From positions 126,022 to 190,021 of the forward strand of contig CAWJSR010000003.1 of the NCBI GenBank assembly GCA_963845515.1: DNA of 64,000 bases, in the 5' to 3' direction. The translations under genes were made by a program, and so were the position numbers. This document shows, in pieces, positions 9,975-21,224 of the stretch. Below the pieces are notes generated by a model. The model searched no databases. It had not been told where the DNA came from and saw nothing but the letters and a program-made list of their open reading frames with translations. This stretch comes from an uncultured delta proteobacterium (lineage in GTDB: Bacteria; Myxococcota; Myxococcia; Myxococcales; Anaeromyxobacteraceae). How positions within the stretch are numbered: the stretch's first letter is position 1; each line of letters opens with the position of its first letter.

Positions 9975-10415
9975 ATGCGGTTCATGGTGATCGTGAAGGC
10001 CAACAAGGACTCGGAGGCAGGGACCCTGCCCGATGAGAAGGCCCTGACGGAGATGTCGAAGTTCAACGAGGAGCTGGTGAAGGCCGGAGTCATGCTCGCG
10101 GGCGAAGGGCTCCACCCGAGCTCGGAGGGAGCGCGCGTGAAGTTCGCCGAGGGCGGAGCGCGGCTGGTGACCGAAGGCCCCTTCGGCGAGACGACGCAGC
10201 TGGTCGCGGGCTACTGGGTCTGGCAGGTGAAGTCGAAGGAAGAGGCGATCGAGTGGGTGAAGCGTGCCCCGTTCGGTCCAGGGTCCGAGCTGGAGATCCG
10301 CCGAGTGTTCGAGGCGGAGGAGTTCGGGGAGGCGTTCACCCCGGAGCTGCGCGACAGGGAGGAGTGGATGCGGCAGCTGGTGTCGGCGGGCGAGAGCGCG
10401 CACCAGGCGACGTGA
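9975..10415 (+). CDS. YciI/DGPF-family protein
   Basis: GEGLHPSS, TEGPFGETTQLVAGYW, LEIRRV; SD AAGGAGG. Confidence 0.85.
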   Translation: MRFMVIVKANKDSEAGTLPDEKALTEMSKFNEELVKAGVMLAGEGLHPSSEGARVKFAEGGARLVTEGPFGETTQLVAGYWVWQVKSKEEAIEWVKRAPFGPGSELEIRRVFEAEEFGEAFTPELRDREEWMRQLVSAGESAHQAT

Positions 10416-10422
10416 GGGAGGG

Positions 10423-10523
10423 CCCCTCACCCAGCCTCTCCCCGCGGGGCGGGGGAGAGGTGTATCCCCAAGGGATGCGCTGAATGGTCAGCGCCGCGGG
10501 GGCGGGGGAGAGGTGCAATCCCC
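10423..10523. repeat. REP-like palindrome plus a partial direct copy
   Basis: CCCCTCACCCAGCCTCTCCCCGCGGGGCGGGGGAGAGG (10423-10460); CCGCGGGG(G)CGGGGGAGAGGTG recurs at about 10494-10515. Confidence 0.65.
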
Positions 10524-10571
10524 GGGGGGAGAGGGTCGGTCGCCTGGGGCTCTGCGCCCCCCCCCCCCGGG

Positions 10572-11900
10572 CTACTTCTTCTTCGCGGGCGCCGGAGCCG
10601 CCAGGGCCTCCAACTTCGCGTCGATCCGCCTGGCGCGGCGCAGCTCACCGGCCTCGTGCTTGATCTCGGTGAGGTCGCGCTGCAGCTCGCTCCAGCCGTA
10701 CCAGGTGACGTAGTCGGGGTTGGCGTGGAACGCCCCCTGGAACGCGCGCATACGGTGCTCCAGGAACATCACGAAGAGCTTCTGCTCCACCGGCGTCGGC
10801 GCGTCGTGGAAGGTGAGCAGGTCGGGGAAGGCGAAGGAGTACGCCTTCGGCTTGGCGAGCGTGCCGTCCTGGTAGAGCCCCGCCACCTCGCGGATCGCCT
10901 CGGCCATCAGGTGGTCGATGTCGCGGATGAGGCCGTCGGCCTGCTTGAGCTGCTCCTGCGCGAAGCTCCCCGAGTGGCACTGCGTGCAGGCCTTCATCAG
11001 CTTCGCCCGCTCCTTGTCGAACTCCTCCTGGGTGAGCCGCGCCACCTGCGCCGCCTTCACCACCTCGAGCCGCGCCGTCGGCTGCCCCTTGGGGTCGAGC
11101 ACGCCGAGCCCTTGCAGGATCGTCACGCGGTCGGCCGTCCACTGCGCGTCACCCTCGGGCATCGGGAGGCGCACGGCGAGGAAGCCCCACGGCGTGCGGA
11201 CCTCGTGGTTCCCCTCCTGCATGTGGCAGGACTGGCAGGTCGGCGCCGCGGCGTCCTTCGAGATGGTCCCCGTCCGCTTCAGCTCGTTCCGGACGCCGTG
11301 CTTGGACGACGAGTACATCTCCCACTGCGGGTGGTCGAACCCCATGTGGCAGGTCTTGCAGGCCTCCGGCTGCCTCGCCTCCTCCTTCGAGAAGAGGTGG
11401 CGCGTGTGGCAGGCGTCGCAGCCCGCCACCCCGTAGCCGCCGGTCACCTCGCGCAGCTCCTTCGCCTCCGCCTCGCTCTTGTTGCCGAGCTTGTGGCAGC
11501 CGCCGCAGCCCTTGAGCCCCTCGCGGACCGCGAGCGCCTGGTAGTGGAACGTCGGCATCGCCTTCACGGCGGCCCACGCGAAGGCGTGCTTCCCCTTGTT
11601 GAACTGGGCGACCTGGTCGCCGTGGCACCCGGCGCAGGTGCCGGGGTTCGGCATCGTGGCCTTCTTCGCGTCGTCCTTCCCCTTGTGGGCGGAGCCGTGG
11701 CAGTCGGCGCAGCCGACCCCCATCCCGGAGTGCTTCGACGCCTTCCAGTCGGAGACGACGCTCGGGGAGGAGCTCTCGTGGCAGGCGACGCAGGCGTCGG
11801 CCTTCGCGGCCTTCTTCGCCTTCGCGGCTGCGCTCGCCGGCGCGGCGCCGAGGAGGAGGGTGAAGGCCGCAGCCATCGCGGCCAGTCGGGTGGCGTTCAT
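10572..11900 (-). CDS. octaheme cytochrome c, hydroxylamine oxidoreductase (HAO)-like family
   Basis: Signal peptide; 8 CxxCH (CVACH, CADCH, CAGCH, CGGCH, CDACH, CKTCH, CQSCH, CTQCH); GFDHPQWEMYSSSKHG and GAFHANPDY..WYGW motifs. Confidence 0.85.
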   Translation of the reverse strand: MNATRLAAMAAAFTLLLGAAPASAAAKAKKAAKADACVACHESSSPSVVSDWKASKHSGMGVGCADCHGSAHKGKDDAKKATMPNPGTCAGCHGDQVAQFNKGKHAFAWAAVKAMPTFHYQALAVREGLKGCGGCHKLGNKSEAEAKELREVTGGYGVAGCDACHTRHLFSKEEARQPEACKTCHMGFDHPQWEMYSSSKHGVRNELKRTGTISKDAAAPTCQSCHMQEGNHEVRTPWGFLAVRLPMPEGDAQWTADRVTILQGLGVLDPKGQPTARLEVVKAAQVARLTQEEFDKERAKLMKACTQCHSGSFAQEQLKQADGLIRDIDHLMAEAIREVAGLYQDGTLAKPKAYSFAFPDLLTFHDAPTPVEQKLFVMFLEHRMRAFQGAFHANPDYVTWYGWSELQRDLTEIKHEAGELRRARRIDAKLEALAAPAPAKKK

Positions 11901-11970
11901 CGTGCTCTCCAGTGTGGTTGGGTTGTGAGGCGTTGCGAGATGATGGAAGGACCAGGGCGCCGCGAAGCGG

Positions 11971-12780
11971 TCATCCGGGGATCGACCCGAAGAGGAGCAC
12001 CGCGAGGGTCGCGGTGGTGGCGACGACCAGCGACCAGCCGAGGGCCCTGAGGCGCGCCGCGGAGAAGCGGCCGAGGCAGACGACCAGCGAGAGGGCAGCG
12101 GTGGGGAGCACGGCCGCGGGCACGATCCAGCCGAGCCCGGCCGCCATCGCCGCCGCCGACCCGCCGAGCGAGATCGCGAGGACGTACGCGGCGTGGAGCA
12201 GGCCCGGCGCCTGCGCGCCGCGTGAGCGCGCCCGCAGGAGGACCGTCTGGACGGCGAAGACCGAGCAGCCGAACGCGATCGCCCACGTGGCGAACGCGGC
12301 CGTCGCGGCGTCCGCGGTCGCCCCAGAGGCGAGCGCCACGACGCCGCCTGCCCCAGCGAGCGCGAAGGCTACGGTCAGCTCGCCCGGGATGGTCCGCTCC
12401 TGCTCCAGGAGGACCAGGAGGACGACGACCGCAGCGAGCGCGGCGGGGACGAGCGCGGCCATGCGGGCGGCCGGCGCAGCCAGCAGCAGGCCGGTCGCGC
12501 CGGTGACCCCCGCGGCGGCCAGCAGGCCGACCATCAGCCGCAGGGCGCGTGGCCCGTCCTGCAGCCGCGCCCGCTCGCCCCGGTGCCCGAGCGCGACGAG
12601 CCACGGCTCGTGGGCCAGGAAGGCGAGCACGGTGGCCGCGGCGATGAGCACGGCGGGGAGGGTGGGGCGCGCGAGCGCGAGCCCGCTGACGAGCGGCATC
12701 GCGAGCTGGCCCCAGGCGCCGTGCTCCTGCGGTAGGAGGGAGCGAGGTGCTGCCACCGGAACGGTCGTGGCGCCGGTCAC
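11971..12780 (-). CDS. YwiC-like family membrane protein
   Basis: LLPQEHGAW signature followed by multiple hydrophobic helices; GTG start overlaps the hemerythrin stop. Confidence 0.8.
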   Translation of the reverse strand: MTGATTVPVAAPRSLLPQEHGAWGQLAMPLVSGLALARPTLPAVLIAAATVLAFLAHEPWLVALGHRGERARLQDGPRALRLMVGLLAAAGVTGATGLLLAAPAARMAALVPAALAAVVVLLVLLEQERTIPGELTVAFALAGAGGVVALASGATADAATAAFATWAIAFGCSVFAVQTVLLRARSRGAQAPGLLHAAYVLAISLGGSAAAMAAGLGWIVPAAVLPTAALSLVVCLGRFSAARLRALGWSLVVATTATLAVLLFGSIPG

Positions 12781-13355
12781 CGCGCCCCCACTTCGCTGAC
12801 ACCGGCGGCGAGGTGGCGCGCGACCAGCCCGCTCGCGAGCTGCTCCAGCCGCTCCCTGGTTCCATCCTCGGTCGCCCGCGCGTCGAAGGCGGCGCACTGC
12901 TCGTCGACGCTCTCCTTCAGGTCTGGCGACAGCCGCTGCTCGGCCATCGGGTAGAGGATCTCGTCCTCCTTGTGGATGTGGCTCCGCAGCAGGTCGGCGT
13001 AGCCCCGGGCGGCCACGTAGATCTCCTCGCGGTCCTCGGGCGTCCACGCGATGCGGGTGGCCGCGAGGGCGAGGAGCGTCGCGACGTGCTCGCGCCCGAC
13101 GTCGTGCTCCTGCAGCATCACCGCGATCGGCCCCGCGTCGCGCGGGAACCCCGCCTCGATCATCGCTGGGAAGAGGATCTGCTCCTCCTTGCCGTGGTGC
13201 AGGACGTCCGCGTAGTCGCGGATGAAGGAGAGGAACCGGAACAGCTCCTCGCGATCCCCGCCACCACTGCGGACCCCCTCCGCGAAGGCGACGAGCGCGT
13301 CGACGCCGCGAAGGATCAGCTGGTGCTCGGTCATCAATCTCTCGGTCGCTTCCAT
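12777..13355 (-). CDS. hemerythrin (HHE) domain protein
   Basis: LMTEHQLI, HHGKEEQILFP, GPIAVMLQEHDVGR, HIHKEDEILYP. Confidence 0.88.
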   Translation of the reverse strand: MEATERLMTEHQLILRGVDALVAFAEGVRSGGGDREELFRFLSFIRDYADVLHHGKEEQILFPAMIEAGFPRDAGPIAVMLQEHDVGREHVATLLALAATRIAWTPEDREEIYVAARGYADLLRSHIHKEDEILYPMAEQRLSPDLKESVDEQCAAFDARATEDGTRERLEQLASGLVARHLAAGVSEVGAR

Positions 13356-13407
13356 CGGGTTTCTCCGGTGGCGCCTTGGTGGCGCTGCGGATTCCTTAGC
13401 CGTGGAA

Positions 13408-13423
13408 AGCACGCCGCGCGCCA
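13408..13423 (-). promoter_or_regulatory. putative sigma54 (-24/-12) promoter
   Basis: Minus strand TGGCGCG-CGGC-GTGCT with correct GG-N10-GC spacing, about 50 nt upstream of the hemerythrin ATG. Confidence 0.6.
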
Positions 13424-13573
13424 GGTTCCAACCGCCCGGAAACACGGGCGACGGCCCCAGCGGCCCGGCACGCGCCACCCGCGGGCCGGTGGGGGTACAC
13501 CGAAATATGGGTGCACACGGCCCCTGCGCGCCTCGCCCCGCCTGGGGCCCATGCGCCGGCGGACCCGGTACCG

Positions 13574-14206
13574 CTACCCTCGGAAGAGCCCCTCCTTCAC
13601 GGTCCCGATCATCCCCGCCTGCATCGACCGCTGGTCGACCCGCGCCAGCCTCCGGGCCTGCGTCGGGGTGAGGAGGTGGTGGTCGGGGAGCGCCTTGAGC
13701 GCGGCGTCGACTGTGTCGACCGCCTCGTCGCGCAGCTCCCAGCCGAGCCGGTCGAAGCGGGCCAGCGGCAGCGGCGAGGTGTGCATCCGGAGCGTCCGCT
13801 CCCCAACGAGGTTGAAGTAGTCCTCGAAGTAGCTCATCACCAATTCGCGCACGGACCGGTAGACCGGCTCGCGGTAGCGCAGCCCCGTGAAGTTCGACTT
13901 GGCGATGGCCCCCCAGGCGCGGCCCTGCCGGAACACGGCGACGACGTGGCCGTCGTCGCGGACCGCCCACATCCCGAGGACCGCCGGGGCGTGCCCGAGG
14001 CGTCGCAAGGCAGCCGCAGCCAGGAGCGCGCCGTCGAGGCAGTGAGCCCGCCGCTCGGCGAGGACCCGGCGCGGCGAGGCCGGCTGGTCCTCTGTCCGGT
14101 AGGCGAGCGTATCGATGAACGCCTGGATCCTCGCCGGCGTCGAGAGGCTGCGGAGGACGGCCCGCTCGGCGGGGGTCCAGGGAGCGGCGGCGTTGCGGGG
14201 GCTCAT
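13574..14206 (-). CDS. conserved hypothetical protein, possible transglutaminase-like Cys/His fold
   Basis: SPRRVLAERRAHCLDGALLAAAAL, DDGHVVAVF, WGAIAKSNFTGLRYREPVY. Confidence 0.65.
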   Translation of the reverse strand: MSPRNAAAPWTPAERAVLRSLSTPARIQAFIDTLAYRTEDQPASPRRVLAERRAHCLDGALLAAAALRRLGHAPAVLGMWAVRDDGHVVAVFRQGRAWGAIAKSNFTGLRYREPVYRSVRELVMSYFEDYFNLVGERTLRMHTSPLPLARFDRLGWELRDEAVDTVDAALKALPDHHLLTPTQARRLARVDQRSMQAGMIGTVKEGLFRG

Positions 14207-14271
14207 GGCGGCGCATTCTATGTGGTCCGGCGGCGGCGCGGCGACACGGGGATGGCGGCTCCTGCGAGCGC

Positions 14272-16764
14272 TCACCGGCACCAGAGGACGTGAGCCTCCT
14301 CCGCCGGCACCAGCGCGCCTGGGTGGAACGGGATGGCGCGCGGCGTGTAGTCGGAGGCCGGACGCGCCGCCGGAACGGTGGCGTGGTACCGGTAGCCACC
14401 GCCTGCGACCTGCGCGCCGCGCTCCATCGTCGTGCGCCACGGCTGGTGGTCCCCGGCGGCGGGCTCGGCGTACACCTCGACGCGGAACCACTGCGGGAGC
14501 AGCTCGGCGGCGTGGAGGGTCACGTCGACCTGCCAGGTGTCGCCCTCGAGCGTCACCGTCAGGTTCGAGAACCGGAGCTCGCGCCAGTAGCGCTCGATCG
14601 CCCCCTGCCACGCGCGGAGCTCCCTGGCGTGGCGGCCGTCGCTCTCGCCGGTCCTCCTCCGGAACGCCCGGGAGGCCGGAACGTAGAAGTCGTCGACGTA
14701 CTCCCGCATCATGCGCGTCGCGGAGAACTGGGGAGCGAGCCGGGCCATGCTGGCGCGCATGCGCGCGACCCACGCCTCTGGAATGCCGTCCCGCGTCCGC
14801 TCGTAGAAGGCCGGGACGACCTGCTCCTCCAGGAGTCGATAGAGGGCCAGCGCGTCGGCGGCGTCGTCCCCCCCGGCGGGCAGCGCCCACCCGACGTCCT
14901 CCTCGTAGGCCTCCGCCCACCAGCCGTCCAGCACGGAGAGGTTGAGGCCGCCGTTGGCGAGCACCTTCATCCCGCTCGTGCCGCAGGCCTCCCAGGGGCG
15001 CCGCGGCGTGTTGACCCAGACGTCCACCCCCTCGATCAGGTGCCGGGCGAGCGCGATGTCGTAGTCCTCGAGGAAGACGACGCGCGTCCGGACGGCGCGA
15101 CGTTCGGTGAACTCGACCCAGGCGCGGACGAGCCGCTTCCCCTCCTCGTCCGCCGGGTGGGCCTTCCCGGCGACCACGAGCTGGACCGGGCGCCTCGGAT
15201 CCGCGAGCAGCCGCGCGAGCCGCTCCGGGTCCCGGAGGAGGAGGTTGGGGCGCTTGTATTCGGCGAAGCGGCGGGCGAACCCGAGCGTGAGCGCGTCCGG
15301 GTCGAGCAGGTCCAGCGAGAGCGTCACCCTGTCCGCGGTGGCGCCCTTCCGGACCTGCTGGTTCCAGAGCCGGTCGCGCACCCAGCCAACGAGCGCCTTG
15401 CGCGAGCCGCAGCGGAACGCCCAGAGATCGGCGTCGCTCGTGCTCGTGACGCACGCCAGGGTCTCGGGGTTCTCCAGCCATCGCTCGCGGCCGCAGGCTC
15501 GCGTCCAGAGCTGGTCGGCCTCGGGGGACTCCCACGAGGGGACGTGCACGCCGTTGGTCACGTGTCGGACCGGGATCTCGCACAGGGGCCAGCGCGGGTA
15601 GAGCCCGGCGAAGATCGAGCGGCTCACCTCGCCGTGGAGCCGGCTCACCCCGTTGGCTCGCGCGGAGAGCCGCAGCGCGAGGATGGCCATGTTGAATGGC
15701 TCGGTCTCGTCGCCGGCGTCGCGTCGTCCGAGGGCCAGCAGCTCGTCGAGCGAGATGCCCATGGCCCGGCAGAAGGGATCGCGCAGGTACTCCTGAACGA
15801 GGAGTGGGGAGAAGGCGTCGAAGCCGGCCGCCACTGGCGTGTGCGTCGTGAAGACGTTGCCGGCGCGCGTGGCCCAGACGGCCTCCCGGAAGGACATGTG
15901 CATCGCGGACATGCACTGGCGGACCCGCTCCAGCGTGGCGAGCGCGGCGTGCCCCTCGTTGAGGTGGCAGACGTCCACCTTGCGGCCGAGCGCGTCGAGC
16001 GCCCGCCAGCCGCCGATCCCCAGGGCCATCTCCTGGAGGAGCCTGAGCTCGACGCCGCCGCCGTAGAGCTTCGACGTGATGCCGCGGTCCACGGGCGTGT
16101 TGAGCGGGTCGTTGGAGTCGAGGAGGAGGAGCGGTACGCGACCGACGTCGAGGGTCCAGACCCGCAGCGAGAGGCTTCGGCCAGGCAGCTCGACGGGTAC
16201 GCGCAGCCAGCTTCCGTCCGGCGCCCGCGCCGGCTGGACGGGAAGGCCCATGGGGTCGTTGAACGGATAGGTCTCGTTCTGCCAGCCAGTCCGGTCCACC
16301 ATCTGGCGGAAGTAGCCCTCCTGGTAGAGCAGCCCGACGCCGACGAGCGGGACGGCGAGATCGCTCGCGGCCTTGAGCGCATCGCCGGCCAGGATGCCAA
16401 GGCCGCCAGCGTAGAGCGGCAGCCCCTCGCCCAGGCCGAACTCCATGCTGAAGTAGGCTGCGCAGCCCAGGGCGCCGTCGTGAGCCTGCGCGAACCAGGT
16501 CGGACGCGCCAGCTCGGCCTCGCGCTCCGCGGCGATCCGCCAGAGGAAGGCGCGGAACGCCGCGTCGCGCGCCAGCTCGCGGATACGGGACTCGGTCAGG
16601 TTGTGCAGCACCACCCAGGCGCTGCCGGACCGCTCCCAGAGCGCGGGGGACACCTCGCGCCAGAAGGCCACGCCGGTGGCGCTCATGCTCCAGCGGAGGT
16701 CGAGGGCGAGATCCCAGAGCGGCTCCAGCTCGCGGGGAAGCGCGATGGACATGAACTGGGTCAT
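14272..16764 (-). CDS. glgP: alpha-glucan (glycogen/maltodextrin) phosphorylase
   Basis: YFSMEFG, GGLGILAGD, HLNEGH, FARRFAEYKR, EACGTSGMK PLP site. Confidence 0.94.
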   Translation of the reverse strand: MTQFMSIALPRELEPLWDLALDLRWSMSATGVAFWREVSPALWERSGSAWVVLHNLTESRIRELARDAAFRAFLWRIAAEREAELARPTWFAQAHDGALGCAAYFSMEFGLGEGLPLYAGGLGILAGDALKAASDLAVPLVGVGLLYQEGYFRQMVDRTGWQNETYPFNDPMGLPVQPARAPDGSWLRVPVELPGRSLSLRVWTLDVGRVPLLLLDSNDPLNTPVDRGITSKLYGGGVELRLLQEMALGIGGWRALDALGRKVDVCHLNEGHAALATLERVRQCMSAMHMSFREAVWATRAGNVFTTHTPVAAGFDAFSPLLVQEYLRDPFCRAMGISLDELLALGRRDAGDETEPFNMAILALRLSARANGVSRLHGEVSRSIFAGLYPRWPLCEIPVRHVTNGVHVPSWESPEADQLWTRACGRERWLENPETLACVTSTSDADLWAFRCGSRKALVGWVRDRLWNQQVRKGATADRVTLSLDLLDPDALTLGFARRFAEYKRPNLLLRDPERLARLLADPRRPVQLVVAGKAHPADEEGKRLVRAWVEFTERRAVRTRVVFLEDYDIALARHLIEGVDVWVNTPRRPWEACGTSGMKVLANGGLNLSVLDGWWAEAYEEDVGWALPAGGDDAADALALYRLLEEQVVPAFYERTRDGIPEAWVARMRASMARLAPQFSATRMMREYVDDFYVPASRAFRRRTGESDGRHARELRAWQGAIERYWRELRFSNLTVTLEGDTWQVDVTLHAAELLPQWFRVEVYAEPAAGDHQPWRTTMERGAQVAGGGYRYHATVPAARPASDYTPRAIPFHPGALVPAEEAHVLWCR

Positions 16765-16788
16765 CGCCGCTCCTCCCGCCCGGCCACA

Positions 16789-18555
<1,767 letters not shown>

Positions 18556-18708
18556 GTCGCCAGTCCTCGGACGCCGCGGCGGGACCCACGCACCGCGCCG
18601 CATGAGCAGCGCCGCCTGACGTCCATGGAGAGTATAGCTTCCGGGGCACCGCGCCGGCCCTGCGGATCCCTCGATCGACGGCACCTTTCGGGGCGCGCGC
18701 GGCGCGGA

Positions 18709-18729
18709 CCTCCCTTTGGAGGGAGAGGG
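18709..18729. repeat. partial REP-like hairpin
   Basis: CCTCCCTTTGGAGGGAGAGGG. Confidence 0.35.
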
Positions 18730-18737
18730 CCGGCGAG

Positions 18738-19175
18738 TCACCTGCGGCGCACCACCAGCACCGAGCAGCGCGCGTCGCGCACCACCGCCTGCGCGACCGA
18801 GCCGAAGAGCAGCCGATCGACCTCGGCGCGCCCGTGCGTCCCCATCACGATGACGTCGTACGGGCGCTCGGCGGCCGCCTTCAGCAGCTCCGTGGCGGGG
18901 TCGCCGGTGAGCAGGGCGAACTCCACGGGGCGGCTGGTGAGCCTCCGCGCCTCGTCCGACCACTCCCCGAGCAGGCGCTCCAGCTCCAGCCTGCCGCGGG
19001 CGAGCGAGACCGAGCCGGTGAGGGTCGCGTCGGTGGTTGGCCCACTCGACCGATCGTCGACGTGGACCAGCGTCAGCTCCGCGCCGAACCGGGTCGCCAG
19101 CTCCGCCGCCTGCTCCAGCGCGGCGCGCGACTCCGGGGAGAAGTCCACCGAGCAGCCGATCCTTCGCCAGGTCAT
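18738..19175 (-). CDS. universal stress protein
   Basis: IGCSVDFSPES, GDPATEL, IVMGTHGR, LFGSVAQAVVRDARCSVLVV. Confidence 0.9.
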   Translation of the reverse strand: MTWRRIGCSVDFSPESRAALEQAAELATRFGAELTLVHVDDRSSGPTTDATLTGSVSLARGRLELERLLGEWSDEARRLTSRPVEFALLTGDPATELLKAAAERPYDVIVMGTHGRAEVDRLLFGSVAQAVVRDARCSVLVVRRR

Positions 19176-19273
19176 GGCTCAACGATAGACCCGCGCCCGG
19201 TGGGCGCCGACCCTCCTCGCTGGGGAGCCCCGAAGGTCGGGCCCCGGCGCTCCCCCGTGCTAAACCACTGGAC

Positions 19274-20842
19274 ATGGCGCAGCCGGTCGAGCCCCACGAC
19301 GTCCACGAGGCCATCGTCGACGAGGCGATCCAGGCCGTCCTCTCGACGGTGGACCTCGACGCGGTCCTGGAGCGGACGAGCGCGCTGCTGAACCGGCGCT
19401 TCGGCGAGACGGGGGTGGCGATCCTCCGGGTCGACGGGCAGCCACCGGGCAAGGCCGTGCTGGCGCTCGTCTCCGACCCACGCCACCCGCGGGCCATGGT
19501 GCGCGCCGCCATCGACCTCGCGGGGACCGCCGCGGGGCGCGCGCTCGAGCTGCGCGAGCCCGTGGTCCTCGACCCGCTCGACGAGGCCAGCCCCCGCTTC
19601 GCCGAGGAGAGGCGGCTTGCGGGGCTCGGCTGGGGCTCGCTCGCCACCTTTCCGCTCGCGTTCGAGGGGCGGCTCCTCGGCGCGCTGCAGATGGCCAGCC
19701 TCCCCGGCGAGTCACTGCCGGAGTGCTGCGTCGCGGTCGCGCGGCGCGTGGCCCATCTGGTGGCCATCGCCCTCCAGAACAGCCTCATGGTGGGCGAGAT
19801 CCGGCGGCTGAACCAGCTGCTCGGCTCGGAGAACGCGCTGCTGCGCGAGGAGCTGCGGCACGGGCGCGAGGACGATCGCTACGTCGCCGAGAGCCCTTCG
19901 ATGAAGGCGGCGCTGGAGCAGGTCCGGCGCGTCGCCGCGTCCGACTCCACGGTCCTGATCCGCGGTGAGACGGGGACCGGCAAGGAGGGGCTCGCGCGCA
20001 GGGTCCACGACTTCTCCCCGAGATCCGGCAAGCCGTTCGTCGCCGTCAACCTGGCGGCCCTCCCCGAGGGGCTCGTCGAGTCCGAGCTCTTCGGTCACGA
20101 GAAGGGGGCGTTCACCGGCGCGCTGCGGCGGCGCCCCGGCCGCTTCGAGCAGGCGGACGGCGGGACGATCTTCCTCGACGAGGTCGGCGACGCCCCGCCA
20201 TCGGTCCAGGTGCGGCTGCTCCGCGTGCTCCAGGAGAAGGAGCTGGATCGCGTGGGCGGCACCGAGCCGGTGAAGGTGGACGTCCGGATCGTGGCGGCGA
20301 CCAACCGCGATCTCGAGGCGCGCGTCGCGGCCGGCATCTTCCGCGAGGATCTCTACTACCGGCTCGCCGTCTTCCCGATCTCGCTGCCCCCCCTGCGAGA
20401 ACGCGCGGAGGACGTCCGGCCGCTCGTCGAGCACTTCCTGGCGCGCCACTCAGCGCTCCTGAACCGCCCTCCGCCGGAGGTGCCGGAGCAGCTATGGGCG
20501 GCGCTGAAGGGACACGCGTGGCCTGGGAACGTCCGGGAGCTGGAGAACCTCGTCCAGCGTGCGCTCATCCTCTCGCCTGGGCCGGTGCTGGAGCTCCCCG
20601 GGCCGCTGGGTGGGGAGCCGACGCGGGGGGCGGCACCGGTGGCGCCGCCAGAGGTGGACGAGCGCCCTCCAGGGACCTTCGACGACGAGGTGCGCGGGGT
20701 CATCGAGCGGGCGCTCGACGGCTGCGGCGGCCGCGTGTACGGCCCCCACGGCGCGGCCGCGCGCCTCGGGCTCAAGCCGTCCACGCTCCAGGGCAAGATG
20801 AAGCGGTACGGCGTGCCCGACGGCCGCGGCCGGAAGGACTGA
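19274..20842 (+). CDS. GAF-domain sigma54-dependent activator (FhlA-like)
   Basis: GAF region; [55 protein letters not shown]. Confidence 0.92.
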   Translation: MAQPVEPHDVHEAIVDEAIQAVLSTVDLDAVLERTSALLNRRFGETGVAILRVDGQPPGKAVLALVSDPRHPRAMVRAAIDLAGTAAGRALELREPVVLDPLDEASPRFAEERRLAGLGWGSLATFPLAFEGRLLGALQMASLPGESLPECCVAVARRVAHLVAIALQNSLMVGEIRRLNQLLGSENALLREELRHGREDDRYVAESPSMKAALEQVRRVAASDSTVLIRGETGTGKEGLARRVHDFSPRSGKPFVAVNLAALPEGLVESELFGHEKGAFTGALRRRPGRFEQADGGTIFLDEVGDAPPSVQVRLLRVLQEKELDRVGGTEPVKVDVRIVAATNRDLEARVAAGIFREDLYYRLAVFPISLPPLRERAEDVRPLVEHFLARHSALLNRPPPEVPEQLWAALKGHAWPGNVRELENLVQRALILSPGPVLELPGPLGGEPTRGAAPVAPPEVDERPPGTFDDEVRGVIERALDGCGGRVYGPHGAAARLGLKPSTLQGKMKRYGVPDGRGRKD

Positions 20843-20848
20843 GTTTCT

Positions 20849-20885
20849 CCCTCACCCTGTCCCTCTCCCTCAATGAGGGAGAGGG
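20849..20885. repeat. REP-like palindrome between convergent genes
   Basis: CCCTCACCCTGTCCCTCTCCCTCAATGAGGGAGAGGG. Confidence 0.7.
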
Positions 20886-20892
20886 GAGGTAG

Positions 20893-21183
20893 CTACGGTT
20901 TCACCTCGACCCAGTACCCCGAGTCCTCGGTCCAGACCTTCTTGGTCGGCTCGTCCGCGCGCAGCCGCGCGTGGAAGGAGTCGTAGAAGTGCTTCCACTC
21001 CTGGGAGCCCTCGGTCTCGTGCTTCATCAGGAACTTCTGGACGAGGCGCGGCTCGGTCGGGAGGTTCGGGAAGAAGGCGGCGAGCTCGACCATCGTCAGC
21101 TCCAGCGGAGTCGACGAATGGTACTGCTGGACGACGTTCTCCCAGGCCTGGATGGAGAGCTTGGCGTTTGGGTACTTTTCCAT
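20893..21183 (-). CDS. hypothetical protein (96 aa)
   Basis: MEKYPNAKLSIQAWEN...GYWVEVKP; protein-like composition, GC-ending codons, TAGCAT 7 nt upstream. Confidence 0.7.
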   Translation of the reverse strand: MEKYPNAKLSIQAWENVVQQYHSSTPLELTMVELAAFFPNLPTEPRLVQKFLMKHETEGSQEWKHFYDSFHARLRADEPTKKVWTEDSGYWVEVKP

Positions 21184-21224
21184 GTTGTCGATGCTACCAG
21201 ATGCCGCACCGTCCGGTCCTGCCC

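Noticed and set aside
10572..11900. Marker of nitrification or anammox
   Set aside because: No amo, cycAB or hzs genes in the window, and the cross-link Tyr appears to be absent
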